DNA of 64,000 nt, taken from positions 434,001 to 498,000 of the forward strand of contig NZ_JAJQXW010000001.1 of assembly GCF_021246445.1 (NCBI RefSeq), in the 5' to 3' direction. This document shows positions 49,654-59,046 of the stretch, piece after piece; position 1 is the first letter of the stretch; each line of letters starts with the position of its first letter. The notes beneath the pieces are model-generated. The model was not told the origin of the DNA and searched no databases. It worked only from the letters and a program-made list of their open reading frames with translations. This stretch comes from Rhabdothermincola salaria. Lineage in GTDB: Bacteria > Actinomycetota > Acidimicrobiia > Acidimicrobiales > Acidimicrobilacustridaceae. The position numbers and the translations under genes are program-made.

Positions 49654-50517
49654 GTGGCCGAACCAGGTGCCAGCGACACGGTCGACGAGCGCGCTCGGAT
49701 CGCCCTCGAGGCGCTGCGAGCGCACGAGCCCTCCGACCGCAGTCCGGTGGTCGCGCCCGACTACGAGCTCGAGGGCGTCGTCGTCGACCACGGCCTCCCG
49801 GCCTGGGTCGAGGACATCCACGGGCGGGTGGCGGCTCGCTGGCCGGTCCTCGACGAGCGTCCGGGGTGGACCGTGGGTCTGTTGGCCGTCGTCGGGGCGG
49901 TCCTGGTGGGAGTGGGGGCGTGGTGGCTGACCGGTGGCGGGTCGTCAGGAGGCGGGCCGCCTCCCACCTTGGCGTTCACCTCCACCAGCGCAGCGGCGGC
50001 AGCCGAGGAGACGCCCCCGGCCGGCTCGGGCTCGCCGTCCACCGCCCCCACGGCGCTGGTGGTGCACGCCGCCGGTGCCGTCCACCAGCCGGGTGTCCAC
50101 CGCCTCGAACCCGGGGCCCGGGTCGCCGACGTGGTGGCCGCCGCCGGCGGGGCCACCCCCGATGCCGACCTCGACCGGGTGAACCTGGCCGCGCCCGTCG
50201 CTGACGGCGAGCGGCTCTACGTCCCCCGTCTGGGTCAGCCCGATCCACCGCTGGTGGCCGGATCCGGTGGCGGTCCATCCGGCGGTTCCGCGTCGGGACC
50301 CGGTGCCTCCGAAGGCGGCACGGGGCCGATCGACGTCAACGCCGCCACCGTGGCCGAGCTCGACGCCTTGCCCGGCGTCGGGCCCGCCACCGCCGAGGCC
50401 ATCGTGGCCCACCGGGAGACCAACGGACCCTTCCGACGGGTCGAGGATCTCCTCGGGGTGCGAGGCATCGGTCCGTCCAAGCTCGACGGGCTGCGCGACC
50501 ACGTCGTGATCGGGTGA
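49654..50517 (+). CDS. comEA: ComEA family DNA-binding competence protein
   Basis: TM, SLBB (VHAAGAVHQPG, NLAAPVADG), HhH (INAAT-like, LPGVGP, VRGIGP); start uncertain. Confidence 0.92.
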   Translation: MAEPGASDTVDERARIALEALRAHEPSDRSPVVAPDYELEGVVVDHGLPAWVEDIHGRVAARWPVLDERPGWTVGLLAVVGAVLVGVGAWWLTGGGSSGGGPPPTLAFTSTSAAAAAEETPPAGSGSPSTAPTALVVHAAGAVHQPGVHRLEPGARVADVVAAAGGATPDADLDRVNLAAPVADGERLYVPRLGQPDPPLVAGSGGGPSGGSASGPGASEGGTGPIDVNAATVAELDALPGVGPATAEAIVAHRETNGPFRRVEDLLGVRGIGPSKLDGLRDHVVIG

Positions 50518-52427
50518 GCACCACCCCCGCGGTGGGACCGGACCCCGAGTGGGGCGGGGTGGCGGTGGCCCGTCGGGTGTGGTGGTGGTGGGCCCGCCAG
50601 GCTCGGGCCCGACAACTCGACGATCCGGCGGCGGTGGTGCTGGCCGGGTCGGCGGCGTTGGGGACGCTGGCCGCCGTTCCGGTCCCGGTGCCGGTGGCGG
50701 CGGTCCTGGCCGCGGCCGCGCTCGCCGCCCGACGCGTCCTGCTGGTGTGGTGTGCCGCCGCCCTGCTCACCTCGGCCCTGGCCGCGCAGGCCTGGGCGGG
50801 GCTGGCCGCCATCGAGGCCGGGCCCCACGACGGGATGGTGACCCTGGCCCGAGACCCGGAGGCGGTCGTGGGGGCCTGGCGGGTGGAGGTCGTCGCCGAC
50901 GGTCACCGCCTCGAGGCGTGGGCTCGCGGTGGGGCCGGCGCGGCGCTGAAGGACCGGGCCGCCGGCCAGCGGGTGCGGGTGCGTGGGCGCGTGGAGCCGG
51001 TGCAGGGTGTGCCCTGGTTGGCGGCTCGTCACGTGGCCGGGCGCCTGGTGATCGACGACGTGGGGGAGTGGGAGGACGGTGACCCGCTGTCCCGCCTGGC
51101 CAACGCGGTGCGCGCGCTGGTGCGTCGGGGTGCCGAGCGCCTGCCTCGCGAGCAGCGTGCGCTGCTGCTCGGATTCGTGCTCGGCGACGGTCGCGAGCAA
51201 CCGCCCGAGGTGGCCGACGACTTCGACGCCGCCGGTCTGCAGCACCTCCTCGTCGTGTCCGGCCAGAACGTGGCGTTCGTGCTCGCCGCCATCGGCCCGG
51301 GCCTGCGTCGACTCGGTCCGCGCGCCCGCCTGGTGGCCACCGTCGCCGTGCTGGTGGTGTTCGCCACCGTGACGCGCTTCGAGCCGTCGGTGCTGCGGGC
51401 CACGGCCATGGCCGCTCTGGCCGTGCTCGGGGCCAGCCTCGGTCGTCCCGCGTCGGGCGTGCGGGTCCTGGCCCTGGCCGGCACGGCGCTGTTGGTGGCC
51501 GACCCCTTCCTCATCCACTCGATCGCCTTCCGGCTCTCGGCCGCCGCCTCGGCCGGCATCTTGTTGCTCTCGGGGCCGCTGGCGCGCGCTGTCCCCGGTC
51601 CCCGGTTCGTCGTCGTGCCCCTCGCGGTGACCCTGGCGGCGCAGGCCGCCGTCGCCCCGGTGCTGGTGCCCATCTTCGGGCCCATGCCGGTGGCGGCCAT
51701 TCCCGCCAACCTCCTGGCCGGACCGGTGGCGGGGCTGGTGATGATGTGGGGGTGCAGTGCCGGGTTGGTGGCCGGGGTCGTCGGTGGACCGGTGGCCGGC
51801 CTGCTGCAGTGGCCCACCGGGCTGGGGATCGCCTGGGTGGCGGGCGTGGCCCGTTGGGGAGGGGCCCTGCCGCTCGGGCAGGTGGGGCTCCTCGGGGTCG
51901 TGGTGGCCGTCGCCGGCGGGGCCGGCCTCGGTCTGGCTCGCGCCCGGTCCCGGCCCGGGTGGGCGCTGGTGTGCGCTCTGGTCGTCGTGGCGGCCCTCCT
52001 CGCGCCCGCGGTGGGCGAGGTGAGGCGGGACCCTCGCCCGGGGGTCGCCGAGGTGTCCGGTGGCGTGGTCTGGCGCGGTGCCGCGGGCGAGGGCGCCGGC
52101 GGCCGCCGGGCCGTCGTGGTGGTGCTCGACGGTGACGCCTCGGCGGAGTACCTGCTCCGCGACCTGCGTGAGGCGGGCATCGGACGGGTCGACCTGGTGG
52201 TGTCCCGGTCCGGCGGCTCGCGTGCCGCGTCCACGCTCGCCGTGCTGGCCCGTCGGGTGTCGATCGATCAGGTGTGGGCCCCGTCGGGTCACGACATCGC
52301 CGGGGCCGTCGTCCCTCCCGTGGGCGTTTCGGCCGCCGGTGGGGTGCAGGTCGACGTGCGGGCCGTGACGCCGCGGCTCGAGGTGGATGTCGCCGTCCTC
52401 GGCGCCAGCCGACCCTCGGCTCGGTGA
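50514..52427 (+). CDS. comEC: ComEC/Rec2 DNA uptake channel
   Basis: GLQHLLVVSGQNV, EPSVLRA, FRLSAAA, PANLLA; GTGA overlap with comEA. Confidence 0.92.
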   Translation: MSTTPAVGPDPEWGGVAVARRVWWWWARQARARQLDDPAAVVLAGSAALGTLAAVPVPVPVAAVLAAAALAARRVLLVWCAAALLTSALAAQAWAGLAAIEAGPHDGMVTLARDPEAVVGAWRVEVVADGHRLEAWARGGAGAALKDRAAGQRVRVRGRVEPVQGVPWLAARHVAGRLVIDDVGEWEDGDPLSRLANAVRALVRRGAERLPREQRALLLGFVLGDGREQPPEVADDFDAAGLQHLLVVSGQNVAFVLAAIGPGLRRLGPRARLVATVAVLVVFATVTRFEPSVLRATAMAALAVLGASLGRPASGVRVLALAGTALLVADPFLIHSIAFRLSAAASAGILLLSGPLARAVPGPRFVVVPLAVTLAAQAAVAPVLVPIFGPMPVAAIPANLLAGPVAGLVMMWGCSAGLVAGVVGGPVAGLLQWPTGLGIAWVAGVARWGGALPLGQVGLLGVVVAVAGGAGLGLARARSRPGWALVCALVVVAALLAPAVGEVRRDPRPGVAEVSGGVVWRGAAGEGAGGRRAVVVVLDGDASAEYLLRDLREAGIGRVDLVVSRSGGSRAASTLAVLARRVSIDQVWAPSGHDIAGAVVPPVGVSAAGGVQVDVRAVTPRLEVDVAVLGASRPSAR

Positions 52428-52480
52428 GCCCTCGGTCCGACCGGTCGAGGCCATCGGGCCCCGCTGTAGGGTCGGTCCCC

Positions 52481-53311
52481 GTGTTCCTCGACCTCGGCAC
52501 CACGCGCTTCGACATCACCCACCGCGCCGTGGTCATGGGCATCTTGAACCGCACCCCGGACTCGTTCTACGACCAGGGCGCCTATTACGACTTCGACGCC
52601 TTCCTGCGCAAGGCCGAGCAGCTGGTCACCGACGGCGCCGACTTCCTCGACGTCGGCGGCGTGAAGGCCGGGCCCGGCGAGGAGGTCACCGAGGCCGAGG
52701 AGCTCGAGCGCGTCGTGCCGGCGGTCGAGGCCCTGCGGGCCCGATTCGATCTCCCGCTCTCGGTCGACACCTGGCGAGCGTCGGTGGCCGAGGCCTGCTT
52801 CGCGGCCGGCGCGGTGGTGGGCAACGACATCAGCGGGTTCGCCGACCCCGACTACCTCGCTGTCTGTGCGGCGGCCGGCGCCTCGGTCGTCGCCACCCAC
52901 ATCCGCCTGGCGCCCCGGGTGCCCGACCCGGACCCCCACTACGACGACCTCGTCGTCGACGTGTGCGACTTCCTGCGCGACCGGGCCCGGAGGGCCCGTG
53001 AGGCCGGCATACCGGCCGAGCGGATCATGGTCGACGCCGGCCTCGATCTCGGCAAGACCGAGGAGCAGTCCCTCATCTTGTTGCGCCGCTCCGACGCTCT
53101 GGCCGAGCTGGGCCACCCGGTCTTCCTGTCGGCGTCGAACAAGCGCTTCCTGTGGACCCTGCTCGGGGTCGAGCGCCACGAGGCCGGCGAGGGCACCATG
53201 GCCGCCCATGCGCTCGGCATCGCCCTCGGTTGTCGGGTGCTCCGGGCCCACGACGTCCGCGACGGCCGCCGGGTGGCCGACACCATGGCCGCCATCCTGG
53301 AGGCCGCGTGA
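52481..53311 (+). CDS. folP: Dihydropteroate synthase family protein (FolP2-like)
   Basis: GILNRTPDSFYD, DVGGVKAGPG, SVDT, NDISG, SNK, RAHDV. Confidence 0.88.
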   Translation: MFLDLGTTRFDITHRAVVMGILNRTPDSFYDQGAYYDFDAFLRKAEQLVTDGADFLDVGGVKAGPGEEVTEAEELERVVPAVEALRARFDLPLSVDTWRASVAEACFAAGAVVGNDISGFADPDYLAVCAAAGASVVATHIRLAPRVPDPDPHYDDLVVDVCDFLRDRARRAREAGIPAERIMVDAGLDLGKTEEQSLILLRRSDALAELGHPVFLSASNKRFLWTLLGVERHEAGEGTMAAHALGIALGCRVLRAHDVRDGRRVADTMAAILEAA

Positions 53312-53391
53312 CACCCCCCACGCCGGCCCCCGCGCCGCCCCCCACGCCACCGGCCACGCCGGCCCCCGCGCCGCCGGCCACTCCCGATCCG

Positions 53392-53439
53392 TTCTTGCAT
53401 GGTTTCGGCGCACTCCAGTGCGCCGAAACCATGCAAGAA
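53392..53439. repeat. Perfect 23-bp inverted repeat (2-nt spacer)
   Basis: ttcttgcatggtttcggcgcact-cc-agtgcgccgaaaccatgcaagaa. Confidence 0.95.
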
Positions 53440-53498
53440 GGCGTGTCGGGGGCTTCGGGGCGGTCGGGGGCGTCGCCGCGGGGGGCGGGGTCGCTGCG

Positions 53499-54545
53499 AT
53501 GAACGTCGATCTTTCGGCGCCGGTGTACCTGGTCAAGGGGGCCGACGAGGTGCTGCTGGGCGATGCCGTGGTCGACCTGGTGCGGGCCCTGGTGGGCGAC
53601 GGCGACCGGTCGCTGATGGTCGAGGAGCTCACCGCCGACGCCTACGACGGTGACGAGGGCATGGACATCGCCCCGCTGGTCGACGCCGCCCAGACCTCTC
53701 CCTTCCTCACCGAGCGCCGGGTCGTGGTCGCCCGCCATGCCGGGGTGTTCAGCACCAAGGACGCGGTGGCGCCGCTGGTCGGCTACCTCGCCGACCCGCT
53801 GCCCACCACGTCGCTGGTGCTGGTGTGGGAGAAGGACACGCGCCCCAACAAGCAGGGCCGCCTGGCCAACGTGCCCCGCAGCCTGAGCGACGCGGTCACC
53901 ACGGCCGGCGGCGTGGTGGTCGACACCGCGCCCGGCACCGGCAAGGCCCGCGCCTCGTGGGTCGACGAGCACCTGCGCGACGCGTCCGTCACCCTCGACA
54001 ACCCAGCCCGAGCGGCGCTGGTGACCCACCTCGGTGACGAGGCCAACCGTCTCCCCGGCCTGTTGTCGACGCTCGAGGGCGTCTTCGGGCCCGGTGCCCG
54101 GCTCGGGGTCGACCAGGTGATGCCGTACCTCGGCGAGGCCGGGGACGTGGCCCCCTGGGACCTCACCGACGCCATCGATGCCGGCGATGTCCCCAAGGCG
54201 CTCGACCAGCTGCACCGCATGCTGGCCGGGGGCGGCCGTCATCCGTTGCAGGTCATGGCCACGCTGACCAACCACGTGGTGCGCATGGTCCGCCTCGACG
54301 ACCCCACCATCCGGGGGGAGAAGGCGGCCGCCGAGGCCCTGGGCATCAAGGGCTCGACCTTCCCGGCCAAGAAGGCGCTCGCCGGGGCCCAGCGGCTCGG
54401 TTCGGAACGGCTGGCCGAGCTGGTGGGCCTGGTCGCCCAGGCCGACCTCGATCTGCACGGGGCCAAGGCGTGGCCGCCGGAGCTGGTGGTCGAGGTGCTG
54501 GTGGCCCGTCTGGCCGGCCGGAGCCGGGCCGCCACCCGCCGCTGA
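53499..54545 (+). CDS. holA: DNA polymerase III delta subunit
   Basis: VYLVKG, QTSPFLTERRVVV, WDLTDAI, ADLDLHG; conserved comEC-holA-rpsT synteny. Confidence 0.88.
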   Translation: MNVDLSAPVYLVKGADEVLLGDAVVDLVRALVGDGDRSLMVEELTADAYDGDEGMDIAPLVDAAQTSPFLTERRVVVARHAGVFSTKDAVAPLVGYLADPLPTTSLVLVWEKDTRPNKQGRLANVPRSLSDAVTTAGGVVVDTAPGTGKARASWVDEHLRDASVTLDNPARAALVTHLGDEANRLPGLLSTLEGVFGPGARLGVDQVMPYLGEAGDVAPWDLTDAIDAGDVPKALDQLHRMLAGGGRHPLQVMATLTNHVVRMVRLDDPTIRGEKAAAEALGIKGSTFPAKKALAGAQRLGSERLAELVGLVAQADLDLHGAKAWPPELVVEVLVARLAGRSRAATRR

Positions 54546-54627
54546 CCACACCGCCCAGAGCGCACCTCACCGCCCTGGCGCTGGTACGTCCCACCCGACC
54601 CGCCCGGACCCACCCGACCCCACGCGT

Positions 54628-54674
54628 ACCTGTCGGGTTTGGGCGCTACCTGTCCACGCCCAAACCTGACAGGT
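54628..54674. repeat. 18-bp inverted repeat (one G-U pair), related to 53392-53439; possible bidirectional terminator
   Basis: acctgtcgggtttgggcg-N11-cgcccaaacctgacaggt. Confidence 0.85.
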
Positions 54675-54828
54675 TGCCGTTCGGGTGAAGGCACGAGGGG
54701 GTCGTGGGTCGGAGGGGGTCGCGAGAGTCATGGACCCGAGGGCGAGGGGTGGCAGACGCGACACGACCGGAGCCTGGGCTCCGGTCGTTCGGTGATGCGG
54801 GTGCGGGCCGTCGGTGCGGCCCGTCGGC

Positions 54829-55110
54829 TCAGCTGGCCTCGGTGTCGGCCTCGGCGGCGGCCGCGGCGCGCTTCATGAGTCGGCTCTTGCGGCGAGCGGC
54901 CTGGTTCTTGTGGATGACGCCCTTGCTGGCCGCCTTGTCGATGCGCTTGATGGCCTCGTTGAGGGCGGCGGTCGCCTCCTCGCCACCTTCGGCGGCGGTG
55001 ACCTCGGCCCGCTTGGTGCGGGTCTTGAGCTCGGAGCGCACGGCCTTGTTGCGAAGGCGCCGCTTCTCGTTCTGCCGGTTGCGCTTGATCTGGCTCTTGA
55101 TGTTGGCCAC
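54829..55110 (-). CDS. rpsT: 30S ribosomal protein S20
   Basis: [21 protein letters not shown]...[22 protein letters not shown]. Confidence 0.98.
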   Translation of the reverse strand: MANIKSQIKRNRQNEKRRLRNKAVRSELKTRTKRAEVTAAEGGEEATAALNEAIKRIDKAASKGVIHKNQAARRKSRLMKRAAAAAEADTEAS

Positions 55111-55347
55111 GTGGAGACCTTCGTTCGTGCGAGATGGGGGGTCGTGCGAGAGGGGGAACGGGGTCCGGGCGCGCGGCGCCGGACACGAAGTGACGATGAT
55201 AGCGGGCGAGGGAGCAGGGATCACAACCGCGTCCGACGACCGCAGGGCCGCCGGCCCCTCGGCAGTAGGCTCGACACCGCCGCGCCGGCCACGACGTCGC
55301 CTCGTGGCTGCTCGCCCCCCGTCACGTTCAAGGATCGCCGGTTCCCG

Positions 55348-57132
55348 TTGCCCACGCTCGAACGCTTCCGCAACCTCTGCATCATCGCCCACATCGACCA
55401 CGGCAAGTCCACCCTGGCCGATCGGCTGCTCGAGCTGTGCGGTGCCGTCGACCCCCGTGACATGCGCGCCCAGTACCTCGACTCGATGGACATCGAGCGC
55501 GAGCGGGGCATCACCATCAAGTTGCAGAGCGTCCGCCTCGAGCACCGCGACCACACGATCCACCTCATCGACACGCCCGGCCACGTGGACTTCGGCTACG
55601 AGGTCAGCCGGTCGTTGGCCGCGTGCGAGGGGGCCATCCTCATCGTCGACGCCGCCCAGGGGATCGAGGCCCAGACCCTGGCGAACTGCTACCTGGCCAT
55701 CGAGCACGACCTCGAGATCGTGGCCTGCCTCAACAAGATCGACCTCCCCGCGGCCGAGCCCGATCGCTACGCCGCCGAGATCGAGAAAGTGCTCGGCATC
55801 CCCGCCGACGAGATCCTGCGCATCAGCGCCAAGACCGGCGAGGGGGTCGAGGACCTTCTCGACGCCGTCGTCGACCGCATCCCGCCGCCCGAGGGAGACC
55901 CGGAAGCGCCGCTGCAGGGGCTCATCTTCGACTCCCACTTCGACCAGTACCGGGGCGTGGTGTCGTCGGTGCGGGTGATGCAGGGCACCCTCGACACCGG
56001 CGCCAAGCTGCGCTTCGTGCAGGCGGGCGCCACCTACGAGGCCGACGAGGTCGGGGTGCGCACCCCGAACCCGACGCCGGTGAAGGCGCTCGGCGCCGGC
56101 GAGGTCGGCTACCTGATCGCCGGCATCAAGGACGTCGGCGAGGCCCGTTCCGGTGAGACCGTCACCACCGTGGCCCGGCCCGCCCCGGCGCTCGAGGGCT
56201 ACCTCGAACCCAAGCCCATGGTGTTCTGCGGGCTGTACCCCATCGACGGTGACGAGTTCACGTCGCTGCGCGAAGCCCTCGAGAAGCTCCGGCTCAACGA
56301 CTCCAGCTACACCTACCAGCCCGAGAGCTCCGGCGCGCTCGGCTTCGGGTTCCGCTGCGGCTTCCTCGGGCTGTTGCACATGGAGATCATCCGCGAGCGC
56401 CTCGAGCGGGAGTTCAACCTGTCGCTCATCGCCACCGCACCGTCGGTGCAGTACATCGTGCACAAGGACACCGGCGACACGATCACCATCGACAACCCGA
56501 GCGAGCTGCCGCCCGCCGGCGAGGTCGACCACATCGAGGAGCCCTTCCTCACGGTCACGATCCTCACGCCCACCACCTACACGGGTGCACTGATGGAGCT
56601 GTGCCAGAACCGCCGCGGCGAGCTCGACAAGATCGAGTACCTGTCGCCCGAGCGCATGGAGCTCGTCTACCGGCTGCCGCTCGCCGAGGTGGTCACCGAC
56701 TTCTTCGACCAGATGAAGAGCCGCACCCAGGGCTACGCCAGCCTCGACTACGAACCGGCCGGCTACCGCAGCTCGAACCTCGTGAAGGTCGACATCCTGC
56801 TCAACGCGGTGCCTGTCGACGCCTTCAGCATGATCGTGCACAAGGACAAGGCCTACGCCTACGGCCTGCGCATGACCGAGAAGCTCAAGGAGCTCATCCC
56901 CCGCCAGCTCTTCGACGTGCCCATCCAGGCCGCCATCGGCGGGCGCATCATCGCCCGCGAGACGGTGAAGGCCAAGCGCAAGGACGTGCTGGCCAAGTGC
57001 TACGGCGGCGACATCAGCCGCAAGCGCAAGCTGCTCGAGAAGCAGAAGGAGGGCAAGAAGAAGATGAAGAACATCGGACGCGTCGAGGTCCCCCAGGAGG
57101 CCTTCGTCTCCGCCCTCCGCCTGGAGGACTGA
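55348..57132 (+). CDS. lepA: Translation factor LepA (EF-4)
   Basis: [50 protein letters not shown] start approximate. Confidence 0.98.
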   Translation: MPTLERFRNLCIIAHIDHGKSTLADRLLELCGAVDPRDMRAQYLDSMDIERERGITIKLQSVRLEHRDHTIHLIDTPGHVDFGYEVSRSLAACEGAILIVDAAQGIEAQTLANCYLAIEHDLEIVACLNKIDLPAAEPDRYAAEIEKVLGIPADEILRISAKTGEGVEDLLDAVVDRIPPPEGDPEAPLQGLIFDSHFDQYRGVVSSVRVMQGTLDTGAKLRFVQAGATYEADEVGVRTPNPTPVKALGAGEVGYLIAGIKDVGEARSGETVTTVARPAPALEGYLEPKPMVFCGLYPIDGDEFTSLREALEKLRLNDSSYTYQPESSGALGFGFRCGFLGLLHMEIIRERLEREFNLSLIATAPSVQYIVHKDTGDTITIDNPSELPPAGEVDHIEEPFLTVTILTPTTYTGALMELCQNRRGELDKIEYLSPERMELVYRLPLAEVVTDFFDQMKSRTQGYASLDYEPAGYRSSNLVKVDILLNAVPVDAFSMIVHKDKAYAYGLRMTEKLKELIPRQLFDVPIQAAIGGRIIARETVKAKRKDVLAKCYGGDISRKRKLLEKQKEGKKKMKNIGRVEVPQEAFVSALRLED

Positions 57133-57303
57133 GCCACCAGAGGACGGGTCTTGCTCTGCCGGCTCGTCGAGATCCTCGGCCTGGTCGAGCCTCCTCTCGT
57201 CGCGGCGTCGTCTGTCACCCGGGTGGACAGCGTGCGCCTTGAGTCTGCACCCAGCGACGCTGTGCCTCTACATGAGCCCCGCGACGACCGATAGGGTTCA
57301 CCC

Positions 57304-57930
57304 ATGGTGCGGGGCTTGGCTCTCCTCGTGGTGTTGGCGCTCGCCGGCACCGCCTGCGGAAGCGAGGACGGCGCCACCGGCAGCTCCGGCGCCACCGACA
57401 CCACGGCGGCGACCAGCGATGCGTCGTCGGGCGGCGACACGGCCTCTGATGACACTGCCTCTGAGGACACGGGCTCTGACGGCACGGGCGGGTCGACCAC
57501 GAGCGAAGCCGGGACCGGCAGCGGCTCGGCCACGGTCACCCACGCAGGCTCCCAGTACGAGTTCGTGGTGATCCAGTGCGTGCGCGACGTGCCGTCGGCC
57601 ATCACCGACAGCGTCGTGGCGCTGCAAGCCGACGGTGTCACGGCGGGCACACCCGATGGCGTGGTCGCTGACCTCCTCGGGGTCATCGAGGAAGGCACCG
57701 ATGTGGCGGCTGCCCTCGCGCCCGCGCTGGCCCACGGCCCGGTGTTGAGCGTCACCCGGGTCGAAGGTGGAGGAGACCAGCTCGCGATCATCACGGAGTC
57801 GGAGCCCATCGTCACGACCGCAGATCCGACCGACCCCGCCCACCGTTTCCTGGACATCGACGGTGGCACCGTGAGCGGGACGGGGTCGACCGACCAAGGA
57901 GCGATGTCCCTTGACCTCACCTGTCCCTGA
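57304..57930 (+). CDS. Hypothetical lipoprotein with Ser/Thr/Asp-rich linker
   Basis: Signal peptide ending GTAC; DTASD-type 15-bp repeats at 57436-57480; two further Cys. Confidence 0.75.
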   Translation: MVRGLALLVVLALAGTACGSEDGATGSSGATDTTAATSDASSGGDTASDDTASEDTGSDGTGGSTTSEAGTGSGSATVTHAGSQYEFVVIQCVRDVPSAITDSVVALQADGVTAGTPDGVVADLLGVIEEGTDVAAALAPALAHGPVLSVTRVEGGGDQLAIITESEPIVTTADPTDPAHRFLDIDGGTVSGTGSTDQGAMSLDLTCP

Positions 57931-57934
57931 TGCC

Positions 57935-58774
57935 ATGAAGGCCGCCGCCGCGCTGGTGCTGGTCGCGGTGCTCAGCCCGTTGTTGCTGGGCTGCGGGAAC
58001 GGCGACGACGACACCGCCGGCGGCGGCGGCGACCCTGCGGTCCCGACGGCCGAGGACGCCGACGACTCCTCGACCGACCCGCCCACGGGCGACGACGCCG
58101 AGTCCGACGACGCCGAGTCCGACGACGCCGAGTCCGACGACGCCGCCGCCGAGGTGGTCGAGGAGCACTGGTTCAACGAGATCGACCAGTTCGATCGCCC
58201 TCGTGTGCGATGGACCGGGATCGTCGAGAACGTGGGATCGCAGCCGGTGGAGGTGTCCGTCGAGATCGAGGCGCTGGATGCCGATGGTGAGACGCTCGGC
58301 TCGGCCGACAGCCAGTTCCCCTGGCTCGTCGCTCCGGGCGAGCAGATGCCCTTCAGCCTCGCCATCGGTCGCCTCCCGACCGAGGCGACGTCCGTCGAGA
58401 GCGCCCTCTTGCTCGACGACCTCCCGGACTTCCGTGCCGAGCGGGTGGGCACCGCGACGTTCACCGGGGAGCTCGTCGACGTCGTCTTCGACGACGGCCG
58501 GGACTTCGTGGTCCGTGCCGACGTCGAGGTGGAGAACGTCGGAACGGTCGGGTGGGGTCCGGACTTCGCGCTCGCGGTCTACGCCGCCGACGGCACGCTC
58601 GTCAGCGGCGGTTGGGCGTCAGCGAACGCTGAGGTGCTCTGTCCGGGTGACACCACGGTCGTCGGGGGTGAGCTCACGATCAACCCTCCACCCGACTTCG
58701 ACCCGGCGAGTGCCGACGTCAGGGTTCACATGATCGACTTCGAGCTGGCCGAGTCGGTGACCGGCGACTGCTGA
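57935..58774 (+). CDS. Lipoprotein with two FxLYD-like beta domains
   Basis: Lipobox LLGC; (DDAES)3; repeated pattern VENVG...D/A-A-DG...PGE/PGD. Confidence 0.75.
   Translation: MKAAAALVLVAVLSPLLLGCGNGDDDTAGGGGDPAVPTAEDADDSSTDPPTGDDAESDDAESDDAESDDAAAEVVEEHWFNEIDQFDRPRVRWTGIVENVGSQPVEVSVEIEALDADGETLGSADSQFPWLVAPGEQMPFSLAIGRLPTEATSVESALLLDDLPDFRAERVGTATFTGELVDVVFDDGRDFVVRADVEVENVGTVGWGPDFALAVYAADGTLVSGGWASANAEVLCPGDTTVVGGELTINPPPDFDPASADVRVHMIDFELAESVTGDC
58091..58135 (+). repeat. Perfect coding tandem repeat (gacgacgccgagtcc) x3
   Basis: Direct reading of the sequence. Confidence 0.92.
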
Positions 58775-58909
58775 GACAAGCCGCCTCACTCCCGTCCCGG
58801 CCCAGACGCAGAAGGCCGACGATCTCGCAGGCGGCACCGTCCGGGCTCGACCAGAGGCCCACCGCGTCGGTCTGGCCCGTCGTCGCGACGCCGATGGGAT
58901 GCTCGCCGG

Positions 58910-58936
58910 CTAGCAGTCGCGGGGGTCGTCTGCTGG
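58910..58936. promoter_or_regulatory. Degenerate CIRCE operator upstream of hrcA
   Basis: CTAGCAGTC-N9-GTCTGCTGG versus TTAGCACTC-N9-GAGTGCTAA; TAGGAT -10 at 58954-58959. Confidence 0.65.
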
Positions 58937-59046
58937 CCGTGGGCCCGGCCCGGTAGGATCGGATGAAGATCGGCCCACCGGCCGTCACCACCTCGGCCCA
59001 CGGCCGGACCCACTCGTAGCCGCAGCACCCGATCAACGGACGTCCC

